Assembly (NCBI GenBank): GCA_022839105.1 | Contig: JALHDH010000002.1 | Span: 8,943 to 72,942, forward strand | Direction: 5' to 3' | Length of the DNA: 64,000 bases | Source: a bacterium | Lineage (GTDB): Bacteria; Vulcanimicrobiota; Xenobia; Xenobiales; Xenobiaceae | Part shown: positions 44,923 to 53,558 of the stretch, one piece after another | Layout of the letters: each line of letters starts with the position of its first letter | How positions within the stretch are numbered: position 1 is the stretch's first letter | Made by a program: the position numbers and the translations under genes | Notes under the pieces: model-generated | Told to the model about the DNA's origin: nothing | Seen by the model: only the letters and a program-made list of their open reading frames with translations | The model's database searches: none

Positions 44923-45821
44923 GAGGACGGGGGAGGCTCGGCACGCTGGATGTCCCGATGTTCGACCGAGACCGGGTGCCCCTTCTCTTGCAGCGCGCTC
45001 GCCACCGCGGCGGCCATGGCGGTCGAGCGGTGGCGGCCTCCGGTGCAGCCGAAGGCCAGGGTCAGATGGCGCTTGCGCTCGCGGACGAACTGGGGCAGCA
45101 GGAAGTCCAGGAGGTCCAGGACCCGATGGAGGAACTCGCGGGCCGCCTCCCGGGCGAAAAGGTAGTCCCGGACGGGCTCGTCCAACCCGGAGAGCGGGTT
45201 CAGTTCGGGGATATAGTAGGGGTTCGGCAGGAAGCGGCAGTCCAGGATCATGTCGACATCCATGGGGACTCCGTACTTGAATCCGAAGCTCACCACATGG
45301 AGGCTGGCCTTCCCGGGGGACTCCGAGCCCGAGAAGCGCTGGAGGATGGCCGTGCGCAGCCGGTGCGCCGAGAGATGAGAGGTGTCCAGGTTCCAGTCGG
45401 CCCGGTTGCGCAGGCCCTTGAGCAGGCGCCGCTCCTCCTGGATGCCTTGCAGGACCCGGCCGTTCGAGGCCAGGGGATGTTGGCGGCGGGTCTCGGAGTA
45501 GCGCCGGACCAGGACCTCGTCGGCTGCCTCCAGGTACAGGATGAAGGGCTCGAAGCCCAGGCGCGGCAACTCGGCGATGGCGCCCTGGAGCTCGGGAAAG
45601 AACTCACGACCCCGGATGTCGATCACCATGGCCAGCCGGGCCACGCTGGAAGACCCGCAGAGTTGGGCGAACTTCGGGATCAGGGCCGGAGGCAGGTTGT
45701 CCACGCAGAAGTAGCCGAGGTCCTCGAAGCACTTCATGGCGAGGCTCTTGCCGGCGCCGGACATCCCGGTGATGATGACGAATTCTCGCTGATCCACGGA
45801 GAAGTCTTCGTTCACTCCCAC
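44919..45821 (-). CDS. rapZ: RNase adapter protein RapZ (YvcJ)
   Basis: Motifs IITGMSGAGKSLA and LAFGCTGGRHRS. Confidence 0.85.
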   Translation of the reverse strand: MGVNEDFSVDQREFVIITGMSGAGKSLAMKCFEDLGYFCVDNLPPALIPKFAQLCGSSSVARLAMVIDIRGREFFPELQGAIAELPRLGFEPFILYLEAADEVLVRRYSETRRQHPLASNGRVLQGIQEERRLLKGLRNRADWNLDTSHLSAHRLRTAILQRFSGSESPGKASLHVVSFGFKYGVPMDVDMILDCRFLPNPYYIPELNPLSGLDEPVRDYLFAREAAREFLHRVLDLLDFLLPQFVRERKRHLTLAFGCTGGRHRSTAMAAAVASALQEKGHPVSVEHRDIQRAEPPPSS

Positions 45822-45865
45822 TCCACCTCCTCGCCGTCCCGCCTCGCCGGATGGACAGGTTCTCT

Positions 45866-45895
45866 GCCCGCCCCCCGGGGCTCCGGGGGGCGGGC
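45866..45895. other. Perfect 13-bp GC hairpin (GCCCGCCCCCCGG-GGCT-CCGGGGGGCGGGC) between glnA and rapZ
   Basis: Seen directly. It lies 9 nt below the glnA stop and has no U-tract. It is a candidate U-less terminator or processing site. Confidence 0.35.
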
Positions 45896-45903
45896 AGGCG
45901 GGC

Positions 45904-47241
45904 TCAGTAGGTCGAAAGGTAGCGCTCCAGCTCCCAGGGATGGACCTGGCAGCGGTAGGTGTCCCACTCCAGCTTCTTGGCGGTGTGGAAGTGCTTCCAG
46001 ATATGGGGGCCGACCGCTTCCTTGAGCACCTCGTCGCGTTCGAACTCCTCCAGTGCGTCGATCAGGTTCCCCGGCAGGGTGGGGATCCCCATCTGGTTGC
46101 GTTCCTCTTCGCTCAGATCGTAGAGGTTGCAGCTCATCGGAGGACCCGGGTCCATGCGCTTCTCCATCCCGTCGAGTCCGGCGCAGAGCATCAGGCCGAT
46201 GGCCAGATAGGGGTTGCAGGAAGGATCCGGCGAGCGAACCTCGACCCGGGTGCCCTTTCCCCTGGAGGCCGGGATCCGGATCATCGGACTGCGGTTCTTC
46301 TCGGCCCATGACACATACACGGGGGCCTCATACCCTGGAACCAGTCTTTTGTAGGAGTTGACCAGCGGATTCGTGAAGGCCGTGAAGGCCTTGGCGTGCC
46401 GCATCAGGCCCCCGATATAGTGCAGGCAGTCCTGCGAAAGCTGGTAGGGGGCCTGCGGATCGAAGAAGAGGTTCGTCCCGTTGCGGAAAAGAGACTGGTT
46501 CACGTGCATGCCGGAGCCGTTGATGCCGAAGACCGGCTTGGGCATGAAGGTGGCGTGCAGGCCGTGCTTCAGGGCGATGGTCTTGACCACCATCCGGAAG
46601 GTGACCACCTGGTCAGCCGTCTTGAGCGCATCGGCATAGCGGAAGTCGATCTCATGCTGGCCGTAGGCCACCTCGTGGTGGGAAGCCTCGACCTCGAAGC
46701 CCATGGCCTCCAGGGTCATGACCATGTCGCGTCGGGCTTCTTCCCCGCGGTCCACAGGGGTCAGGTCGAAGTAGCCCGCCTGGTCGTGAGTGCGGGTGGT
46801 CAGTTCCCCGTTGGCCTCCCGCTCGAAGAGGAAGAATTCCGCTTCGGGTCCGGCGGCCAAGCGAACCCCCATCTTCTCGGCGCGCGCGATCATCTGACGG
46901 AGGAAGCCGCGAGGGTCGCCTTCGAAGGGAGTCCGATCGGGCTGCAGGATGTCGCAGAGCAGCCGGGCTTCCTTGTGGTCGGCTGGCTTCCACGGTAGAA
47001 CCGCGAAGGTGGCCGGGTCTGGCATCAAGAGCATGTCGGATTCCTCGATCCGGACGAAGCCCTCGATCGAGGAGCCGTCGAACATGATCCCTTCGTCCAG
47101 GGCCGTCTCGATATAGCGGCCCGGGATCCCGATGTTCTTCAGGCCCCCCAGGATATCCGTGAACTGGAGCCGGAGGATCTTGATGTCCAGCTCCTTGACC
47201 AGTTTGACGACGTCGTTGCGATCCAGTTTGCGGCTGTCCAA
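45904..47241 (-). CDS. glnA: Glutamine synthetase type I
   Basis: TTG start at L21 of ORF 47301 with a GGGAGG RBS gives M-DSRKLDRNDVVKLVKELDIKILRLQFTD. Motifs are PKPVFGINGSGMHVNQS and NPYLAI. Confidence 0.85.
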   Translation of the reverse strand: MDSRKLDRNDVVKLVKELDIKILRLQFTDILGGLKNIGIPGRYIETALDEGIMFDGSSIEGFVRIEESDMLLMPDPATFAVLPWKPADHKEARLLCDILQPDRTPFEGDPRGFLRQMIARAEKMGVRLAAGPEAEFFLFEREANGELTTRTHDQAGYFDLTPVDRGEEARRDMVMTLEAMGFEVEASHHEVAYGQHEIDFRYADALKTADQVVTFRMVVKTIALKHGLHATFMPKPVFGINGSGMHVNQSLFRNGTNLFFDPQAPYQLSQDCLHYIGGLMRHAKAFTAFTNPLVNSYKRLVPGYEAPVYVSWAEKNRSPMIRIPASRGKGTRVEVRSPDPSCNPYLAIGLMLCAGLDGMEKRMDPGPPMSCNLYDLSEEERNQMGIPTLPGNLIDALEEFERDEVLKEAVGPHIWKHFHTAKKLEWDTYRCQVHPWELERYLSTY

Positions 47242-47319
47242 AGGTCTGCCTCCCTGACCCTCCCCCGAGATGGGGCGGGGCATTCTGTGGACGGCCCTCA
47301 TCTCCTCCGCTGGATTCCA

Positions 47320-47345
47320 CGAAAAGGCCCGCGCGTCGGCGGGCC
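47320..47345 (-). terminator. Rho-independent terminator after the DUF350 gene
   Basis: Stem GGCCCGC/GCGGGCC with a 6-nt loop. On the minus strand it is followed by TTTTCG. Confidence 0.45.
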
Positions 47346-47393
47346 GGTCCGGCAGGCGGGTCCCGGGCTGCCCGGGACGGATTCATCGGGATA

Positions 47394-47654
47394 TCAGGGT
47401 GTCCCGGGGGGCACGGGCACGATCGAGGTCCCCTGGTGCAGGACGGAGGCGACCACGATTCCGAAGGCCAGGATCACCGCAGCCATCACGATGGCCACGG
47501 CCACGTTCCCCTTCTTGAGTTCCTCCCATTCGTCCACGCGGGGGGTCATCTTGTCCCAGACGAACATCAGGATGCCCATGGACAGGCTCATGGCCACGGA
47601 GGCCACCAGGGCCCAGACCAGGGTTTTGAGGATGTCGACCCACTCACCAGTCAT
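47394..47654 (-). CDS. DUF350-family small membrane protein, 86 aa
   Basis: GAGGAAGG RBS. Sequence MTGEWVDILKTLVWALVASVAMSLSMGILMFVWDKMTPRVDEWEELKKGNVAVAIVMAAVILAFGIVV. The remainder of the 647-aa ORF was rejected. Confidence 0.6.
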   Translation of the reverse strand: MTGEWVDILKTLVWALVASVAMSLSMGILMFVWDKMTPRVDEWEELKKGNVAVAIVMAAVILAFGIVVASVLHQGTSIVPVPPGTP

Positions 47655-47800
47655 CAGCGTCTTCACCTTCCTCGCAGGCCCGTATTCCGGGCGTTCTGGA
47701 GTCCTCGGCCTCAGGCAGGCCGGACCCGCGCTCCTGGCGCCATTTTCGTGCCCGCCCCCCTGGTCCCTGGCAGTCGGGTCGAAATCGGGCGACTCCCGCG

Positions 47801-49420
47801 CTACAGGGAGGAATCGAAGGGCAGATTCCGGGCCGCGAGCACCTCCTGTGCGGCTCGGACTCCCTGGTATTGGGCCTCCTCGAAGATCGACAGGCCCGAG
47901 AGGTCGGAGTGGGCGAAGTGGATCCGGCCTTGGGGGAGGGCCGCCAGAGGGCGCTCGGATCCCCAGATCAGTCCGGGAACCGGACGGACCATCGCGTGTC
48001 CCAGGACCATCATGTCCAGGCGTCGGAGCCGTTCGGGCAGATCCGGGTGGACCGGGGCCAGGTCCGCTAGAACCTCGTCCCGGAAGCTCTCCCAACTCCT
48101 CCCCAGCAGTCCCCAGCGGACCTGTGAGGGTTCCTCGGTGAAGGAGCGATACCAGGTCAAGACCGTCGGCCCCCCGGGCCGGGCGGCCAGACCCTGGTGC
48201 GTGGCCACCACGTAACCCAGCGACTTCGAGTCGTGGATCACGTTGTCCCAGCTCAGGGGGAAGCCATGCCCCGGGTCTGGAGCCCGGTCCATGACCAGGT
48301 TGGCCACCACCCAGGGACAGGCGGTGAACGAGCGGAAGGCCGGACTCCCCGGCAGGACCCGGGGGCGCAGGAAGGCGGGCAGCGCGCAGATCACCCGATC
48401 GGCCTTCAGGCGGACCGGCTCTTCCCGGGCCAGATCCAGGTAGTCCACCTCGACCCCGTCGCTCGCTTCGGCGATCCGGTAGACCAGCGCTCCGGTGGTC
48501 AACCTCGGCCCCACGCGATCCAGAAGGGCGCGGGCCAGCCAGCCGTTCCCCTCGGGCCAGGTGAAGAGGGCCCCGGCTGGTCCGGCCCGGTCCGGCGAGC
48601 GGCTGGCGAAGTAGTGCAGCCCGGCCCAGGCCGAGGTGGTCTCCAGGCAGGTGCCGTAGTCGTCGCGGCAACCGTATTCCACGTGCCAGCGAAGCCGTTC
48701 GGAGGTCCAACCCTGCATCGCCAGGTACCGGGACATGGAGATCCGATCCAACTCCCGGGCCTCGGTCGAGGAGCGATCCACCGGGATGGCAAAGGCCCGG
48801 CGGCCCTGACGATCCCGGCGGGACTGCCAGCGCTCGATCTCGGCGTAGAAGGCCCGGGTCTGGCGCAGGTCGTCGGGGCTCGCGCCCAGGTGGGGATAGA
48901 GCCCCTCCTCCCAGCGTCCGAGCTGGTAGAGCCGCTCTTCGGGGGCGTGGCACAGGTGGCGCTCGTCGTAGATCGGCTCGCCGGAGGGGTTCCAGCCTCG
49001 CACCAGGCCCAGGTCCTCGAGCAGTTCCAGGGTGGCTCGGGCCTCGCGGGTGGGCACGGGCAGGTAGTGGGCGGCCCAGGGGGCCCTGGATTCCGGATAC
49101 TCGGCGAATCGGCAGTTGCCGCCGGCCTGGTCCTCCATCTCCAGGATTCGGAAATCCTCCAGGCCTTCCCGAGCCAGCTTCCAGGCCGCGCCGAGACCGG
49201 CCACCCCGCTCCCCAGGATCGCCACGTCGACGCGTTCCCGGCGGGTGGGGGAGGTTCGAGGCGGGGCGAAGACTCCGTGCCCCCGGCGCTCGGCGCTGCC
49301 GATCAGCCGGCCGGGCAGATCGCGGCGCCGGCTGCATCCCGAGGCAGCCAGCAGGGCGCCTCCAACCCCCAGTCCGGCCAGGAAGCCGCGTCGGCCGATC
49401 ACTCGATCACAGCCCGCCAT
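47801..49420 (-). CDS. Tat-exported FAD-dependent amine-oxidase-family oxidoreductase (possible lipoprotein)
   Basis: 539 aa. The signal is RRGFLAGLGVGGALLAASGC (twin-Arg plus lipobox-like). The FAD fold is VAILGSGVAGLGAAWKLAREG...LEMEDQAGGNCR. An alternative GTG at 49402 would give a GTGA overlap with the spermidine-synthase stop. Confidence 0.65.
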   Translation of the reverse strand: MAGCDRVIGRRGFLAGLGVGGALLAASGCSRRRDLPGRLIGSAERRGHGVFAPPRTSPTRRERVDVAILGSGVAGLGAAWKLAREGLEDFRILEMEDQAGGNCRFAEYPESRAPWAAHYLPVPTREARATLELLEDLGLVRGWNPSGEPIYDERHLCHAPEERLYQLGRWEEGLYPHLGASPDDLRQTRAFYAEIERWQSRRDRQGRRAFAIPVDRSSTEARELDRISMSRYLAMQGWTSERLRWHVEYGCRDDYGTCLETTSAWAGLHYFASRSPDRAGPAGALFTWPEGNGWLARALLDRVGPRLTTGALVYRIAEASDGVEVDYLDLAREEPVRLKADRVICALPAFLRPRVLPGSPAFRSFTACPWVVANLVMDRAPDPGHGFPLSWDNVIHDSKSLGYVVATHQGLAARPGGPTVLTWYRSFTEEPSQVRWGLLGRSWESFRDEVLADLAPVHPDLPERLRRLDMMVLGHAMVRPVPGLIWGSERPLAALPQGRIHFAHSDLSGLSIFEEAQYQGVRAAQEVLAARNLPFDSSL

Positions 49421-50895
49421 TCGGAGTCGTAGTAGCGGACCAGGACCTGGTTGAAAAGGTGGTTGACCTCGACGGGCAGGGGTTGGAGATCCGCCGGAAA
49501 CTCGAACATCGCCGCGCAGGTCGAAGGCGTCAGGAAGCGTTCCCCTCGGGCCTGGGGGATGGGGACCTCGCTCAAGGTCACCAGGCAGAAGCCCCACTCT
49601 CCGAAGGATGGCACGTAGGCGTGGTAGGGGCGGACCTGGAAACCCACGTCGGCCAGGGTTTCGATGATGCACCAGAAGGAACGCCGGGCAAACATCGGGG
49701 AGGTGCACTGGATCGCGCAGGCCCCGTCGGGGGTCAGGTGGGCTCGCAGCCTGCGAAAGAAGGTCGTGGTGTAGAGCTTTCCGACCGAGAAGTTGCTGGG
49801 GTCGGGGAAGTCCACCAGGATCAGGTCGTACAGGCCCGGGTTCTCCTCCAGCCAGATGAAGGCATCCTGGTTGACCACCTTCACGCGGGGGGAATTCAGG
49901 GAGCCCTCGTTGAGACGCGTCAGGAGCGGGTGGGTGGCGAAGGCCCGGGTCATCTCGGGGTCCAGATCGACCAGGGTGATCGACTCCACCCGGGCGTCGC
50001 GCAGGACTTCGCGGGCGGCCAGGCCGTCGCCTCCGCCCAGGATCAGGACCCGACGGGGATTCGCCGCGCTGGCCAGGGCGGGCTGGACCAGGGCCTCGTG
50101 GTAGCGGTACTCGTCCTCGGAGGAGAACTGCAGGTTGTTGTTCAGATACAGGCGGAAATCGTCCCGATGGCGCGTCAGGACCATCCTCTGGTAGGGGCTG
50201 TCTCGGGTCAGGATGATCTCGTCGGAATACAGCGCCTCTTCCGAGAGTCGGGTGATGTGCTCGGAGGCGGCGAAGCACCCGGTCAGGGCCAGCGCCGCCA
50301 GGACGGCCTGGACCCGCAAGGACCCCCGGGAGGGCAGACCGGTCCTCATGACATGCAGGAAGACCAGGGCCACGCCCACGTTGATCAGGCCGAAGAAGCA
50401 GGCGGTCCGGATCAGGCCCAGATAGGGGACCAGGATCAGCGGGAAGAGGACCGAGGCCAGCAGCGCGCCGATATAGTCCAGGGCCAGCACCTGCGAGACC
50501 AGGTCGCGGAACTCCAGCCGATCCTTGAGGATCCTCAGGATCAGGGGGATCTCCAGCCCTACCAGCATCCCGATCAGGAAGACCATGAGATACAGGAGCA
50601 CCCGGAAGGCTCCCGCCGAGGCGTAGCTGAAGGTCAGGAAGAGCAGGGGGGCCGAGAACCCGCCCAGCAGGCCGACCAGGATCTGGAGTTGGATGAATCG
50701 GGCCACCAGACCCCGGACCACGAACTTTGAGAGCCACGAACCCACCCCCATGGCGAAGAGGTAGGTCCCGATGATCGTCGAGAACTGCAGGACCGAGTCT
50801 CCCAGCAGATAGCTGGCCAGGGTTCCGGCCAGCAATTCGTAGACCAGCCCGCATGTCGCGATGACGAAGACCGACAGCAGGATCAACTGCGGCAT
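49399..50895 (-). CDS. Membrane-anchored spermidine-synthase-family aminopropyltransferase (multi-TM N-domain)
   Basis: 7-8 TM helices, then VLILGGGDGLAAREV and LYDLILVDFPDPSN. Confidence 0.75.
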   Translation of the reverse strand: MPQLILLSVFVIATCGLVYELLAGTLASYLLGDSVLQFSTIIGTYLFAMGVGSWLSKFVVRGLVARFIQLQILVGLLGGFSAPLLFLTFSYASAGAFRVLLYLMVFLIGMLVGLEIPLILRILKDRLEFRDLVSQVLALDYIGALLASVLFPLILVPYLGLIRTACFFGLINVGVALVFLHVMRTGLPSRGSLRVQAVLAALALTGCFAASEHITRLSEEALYSDEIILTRDSPYQRMVLTRHRDDFRLYLNNNLQFSSEDEYRYHEALVQPALASAANPRRVLILGGGDGLAAREVLRDARVESITLVDLDPEMTRAFATHPLLTRLNEGSLNSPRVKVVNQDAFIWLEENPGLYDLILVDFPDPSNFSVGKLYTTTFFRRLRAHLTPDGACAIQCTSPMFARRSFWCIIETLADVGFQVRPYHAYVPSFGEWGFCLVTLSEVPIPQARGERFLTPSTCAAMFEFPADLQPLPVEVNHLFNQVLVRYYDSEWRAVIE

Positions 50896-50907
50896 GGGCG
50901 TTCGGGC

Positions 50908-51081
50908 CTATTTGCCGCGGAAGCCGACGGCGTAGAAGCTCCGGTAGGCAGCCGGGTTGTTGCGGATGTTCGCGGGGGCGTTGGGCAACTGGTCGACCGG
51001 GGTGGGCGACCAGCCGACGAACTGGATCCAGAAGAGCCCTGCCAGGGCGCCGGTTCCCAGGATTCCGTAGAGGAGGTTCAT
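50908..51081 (-). CDS. Unlisted 57-aa membrane mini-protein upstream of the spermidine-synthase gene
   Basis: GGAG RBS 6 nt upstream of the ATG. Sequence MNLLYGILGTGALAGLFWIQFVGWSPTPVDQLPNAPANIRNNPAAYRSFYAVGFRGK. The stop lies 12 nt before the next start. Confidence 0.4.
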   Translation of the reverse strand: MNLLYGILGTGALAGLFWIQFVGWSPTPVDQLPNAPANIRNNPAAYRSFYAVGFRGK

Positions 51082-51103
51082 CTTCGTCTCCGTGCCAGAC
51101 TGA

Positions 51104-53074
51104 TCAGGAGTCCTCAGGGGCGTGATCGCTTTCCAACCAGCGCTTCTGTTCGAAAGAAGCGGAGCGGATCCACACCAGGATCGGATGGAGCACCAGGATG
51201 GCCATCAAGAACCAGAAGTAGCTCCAGGAGGGGACGTCCCGGGTCAGGCGGACACCGTACTTCAGGACCGGCCTGCCCGCCGTGGGGCCCTTGGCCGAGA
51301 GGTTCTCGGGGTTGTTCCCCGTGCCGGTCTGGGGTTCGAGCCTCAGGACATAGGTGCCTGAGGGCACCGAGGGGATTGTGATCTCTTCGCTCCTGCTGCC
51401 TTCCCTCCAGCTCTCGCCTCCCGAGGTTCCGTGGTAGAAGCTGACGGCCTTCGAGAAGACCCGGGCCTCCCGGGTCTCCTCGTGGATCAGGGCCATGTCG
51501 AAGAAGGCCCAACGGTTGTCCACGTCGGTCTGGAGGCGGACCACCAGGTTCGCGGTCCGCCCTTCCAGCTTGAAGGGCCGGGTCACCACGCTGGGTTCCT
51601 CTCCCTGCACGGCCACGAAGTCCTGGGTGTAGACCGGGGCCTGGGCCGAGAAGAGCGAGAAGCCGATCATCATCAGGAAGCCGACCAGGAAGAAGACCGC
51701 ATACTGCATCCAGGCATTCTTCAGCATGCCGGCCAGGGGCGAGGGCTGATTGGCTCCCACCCCGGTGCGCTCGGGCGGCCTTCCGGGCAGGCCGAAGGCG
51801 CTCCAGACCTCTTCGGGTTCCAGGTAGCGGCCCAGGGACCAGGTCATCCCGTCGGAGGTGACCTCGGCCGAGAGGATCCCGGGCGGACAGACGTAGTCGT
51901 GCAGGCCCGCCGAGTCCTCGACCTGGACCTTCCAGGGGAACTCGCCCACGACGTAGGCGACCTTTCCGGTGGCGGACTGGAAGTGCTTGAACTTGCGACC
52001 GCCCAGCATCAGGAAGTCCTGGGGAGGCCAGCCGTGGACGGGTCGCCCGTCCGAGGCCGTGGGCAATTCGTGCAGGGGGGCCACCCAGGTCCAGTGGCCG
52101 GAGGACTCCACCAGGTAGCGATAGCCCCGTTCCCGGTTGTGGCAGACGTACTCGCTCCAGTAGTAGTCGACACCTTCGATCCGGACGAAGCGGCGCTGGA
52201 AGCCCAGGCATTCCCAGGTTGCCCCGTCCAGCTTCCCCTTGGTGCCCAGGGGGATTCCGGGTTCCTCCTTGCGGGCCTTCTGGGACTTCCACAGCAGGCC
52301 ATAGGTGGGGTCGGTCAGGTCGATGCCGGCGTCGCAGAAGGAGCAGACCAGGGTCTGGCTGCGCGGGCCTCCGGCTAGTTCGTGGGGGGCTCCGCAACTG
52401 GGGCAGCGCAGGACCCGGGTCGCGGCGGCCGAGCGGCTCTCGATCGCCTCCTCAGGATCGCGCAGTCCCTTGAGCTGCAACTCTTCGAAGTCGCGGAAGG
52501 CGCCCACGAAGAGCAGGGGCTGGTCCTCGGAGTAGTCCAGGGTGGCCGCGGTCCTCCCCGACGAGCGCAGATCCGCGTAGGGCAGATCGTACTCCGTGCT
52601 CATCACGAAGGGGAGCTCTCCCTGGAAGGAGACGACCCGGGCCTGGGCCAGGTTGGTGACCACCAGTTCGCGGGAGCCGACGCGCAGCGCCTTGCCCACG
52701 TGCAGGTCGGCGAAGCCCGGCAGGGATTGGGGATCGGTCTGGGCCAGGGAGGAGACGAAGTACTCGCCCATCGCTTCGCCCAGCCAGCCCTGTCGGCCGT
52801 CCTGGAATTCCAGGAACCATTCGTTCCAGTAGCCTTCCGGGTGGTGGATCTGGATCCGGCCCAGGACCTCGAAGGCCGCCCCGTCAAAGACCCCGGTGGT
52901 GCCGACCCGGATGGGGGTTCCATCGGGTTGGACATCGGCCACCTTGCCCAGAAGCTCGATGTCCACGTCGTGGCGGACCAGCAGGGAAAGACACGAGGAA
53001 CACGTGGAGTAGACCGAGCTCTCGGAGCGGAAGCGGACGGCGTCGCCGCATGAGGGGCAAGCGATTTCGAGCAC
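51104..53074 (-). CDS. Duplicated zinc-ribbon + DUF4178-like protein with two C-terminal TM helices
   Basis: 656 aa. It has two CPSCG...CS(S/F)C pairs, then DGATWECLGFQRRFVRIEGVDYYWSEYVCHNRERGYRYLVESSGHWTWV. TM helices are at WMQYAVFFLVGFLMMIGFSLF and WSYFWFLMAILVLHPILVWI. Confidence 0.6.
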   Translation of the reverse strand: MLEIACPSCGDAVRFRSESSVYSTCSSCLSLLVRHDVDIELLGKVADVQPDGTPIRVGTTGVFDGAAFEVLGRIQIHHPEGYWNEWFLEFQDGRQGWLGEAMGEYFVSSLAQTDPQSLPGFADLHVGKALRVGSRELVVTNLAQARVVSFQGELPFVMSTEYDLPYADLRSSGRTAATLDYSEDQPLLFVGAFRDFEELQLKGLRDPEEAIESRSAAATRVLRCPSCGAPHELAGGPRSQTLVCSFCDAGIDLTDPTYGLLWKSQKARKEEPGIPLGTKGKLDGATWECLGFQRRFVRIEGVDYYWSEYVCHNRERGYRYLVESSGHWTWVAPLHELPTASDGRPVHGWPPQDFLMLGGRKFKHFQSATGKVAYVVGEFPWKVQVEDSAGLHDYVCPPGILSAEVTSDGMTWSLGRYLEPEEVWSAFGLPGRPPERTGVGANQPSPLAGMLKNAWMQYAVFFLVGFLMMIGFSLFSAQAPVYTQDFVAVQGEEPSVVTRPFKLEGRTANLVVRLQTDVDNRWAFFDMALIHEETREARVFSKAVSFYHGTSGGESWREGSRSEEITIPSVPSGTYVLRLEPQTGTGNNPENLSAKGPTAGRPVLKYGVRLTRDVPSWSYFWFLMAILVLHPILVWIRSASFEQKRWLESDHAPEDS

Positions 53075-53212
53075 GGCGCCATGCCCATTCCCTCATTCCG
53101 ACGGGATTCCCTCCTGGCCTGAACCGAGGACTCGGCGGACGGAGCGCGAATCTGGGGGGGGAGTGCGAGTCGGACGGGTTCGCATCCCGGCAGCGGAGAG
53201 GCGGTCGAAGGC

Positions 53213-53512
53213 ATGGTTGCGGTTCATTTCCTGGTTCCGGTGGTCATGCTCGCCTTGTGGATGCTGTTGGGCATGGCCGAGGAACGGGTCCATTCGACCC
53301 ATCTCGGCTTCTGGATTCGGGGGCTGCGGGGAGGGACCCTGGGCCTGGTCTTCTGTGCCTTGGGGGCGGTGGGTCTGGCCCATGTCCAGACGGCCATCCC
53401 CGCCGAATCACGAACCTTCGTCTTCATCGCCTTGCTCCTGGCGCTGGGCATGATCGGCTTCCCGATCGGCTTTCTGGGCGCCATGGCCAGGGGAAGGCGC
53501 TCCGAGGACTGA
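53213..53512 (+). CDS. Hypothetical 3-TM membrane protein
   Basis: 99 aa and hydrophobic. It lies in the gap between the DUF4178 gene and dapA. The RBS is weak. Confidence 0.35.
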   Translation: MVAVHFLVPVVMLALWMLLGMAEERVHSTHLGFWIRGLRGGTLGLVFCALGAVGLAHVQTAIPAESRTFVFIALLLALGMIGFPIGFLGAMARGRRSED

Positions 53513-53558
53513 ATCGGGTCGCTCGGCGAAGACCCCCGGGGGATCACAGGAGGTTTCT

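Noticed and set aside
47655-49337. Upstream part of the 647-aa ORF that ends in the DUF350 gene
   Set aside because: It overlaps the well-supported Tat amine-oxidase gene in another frame and has low-complexity composition. Only the last 86 codons (DUF350) have an RBS and a membrane-protein character.
53093-53383. Short antisense ORFs in the 53074-53559 gap
   Set aside because: They overlap the more plausible 3-TM ORF 53213-53512 and have no RBS or family resemblance.
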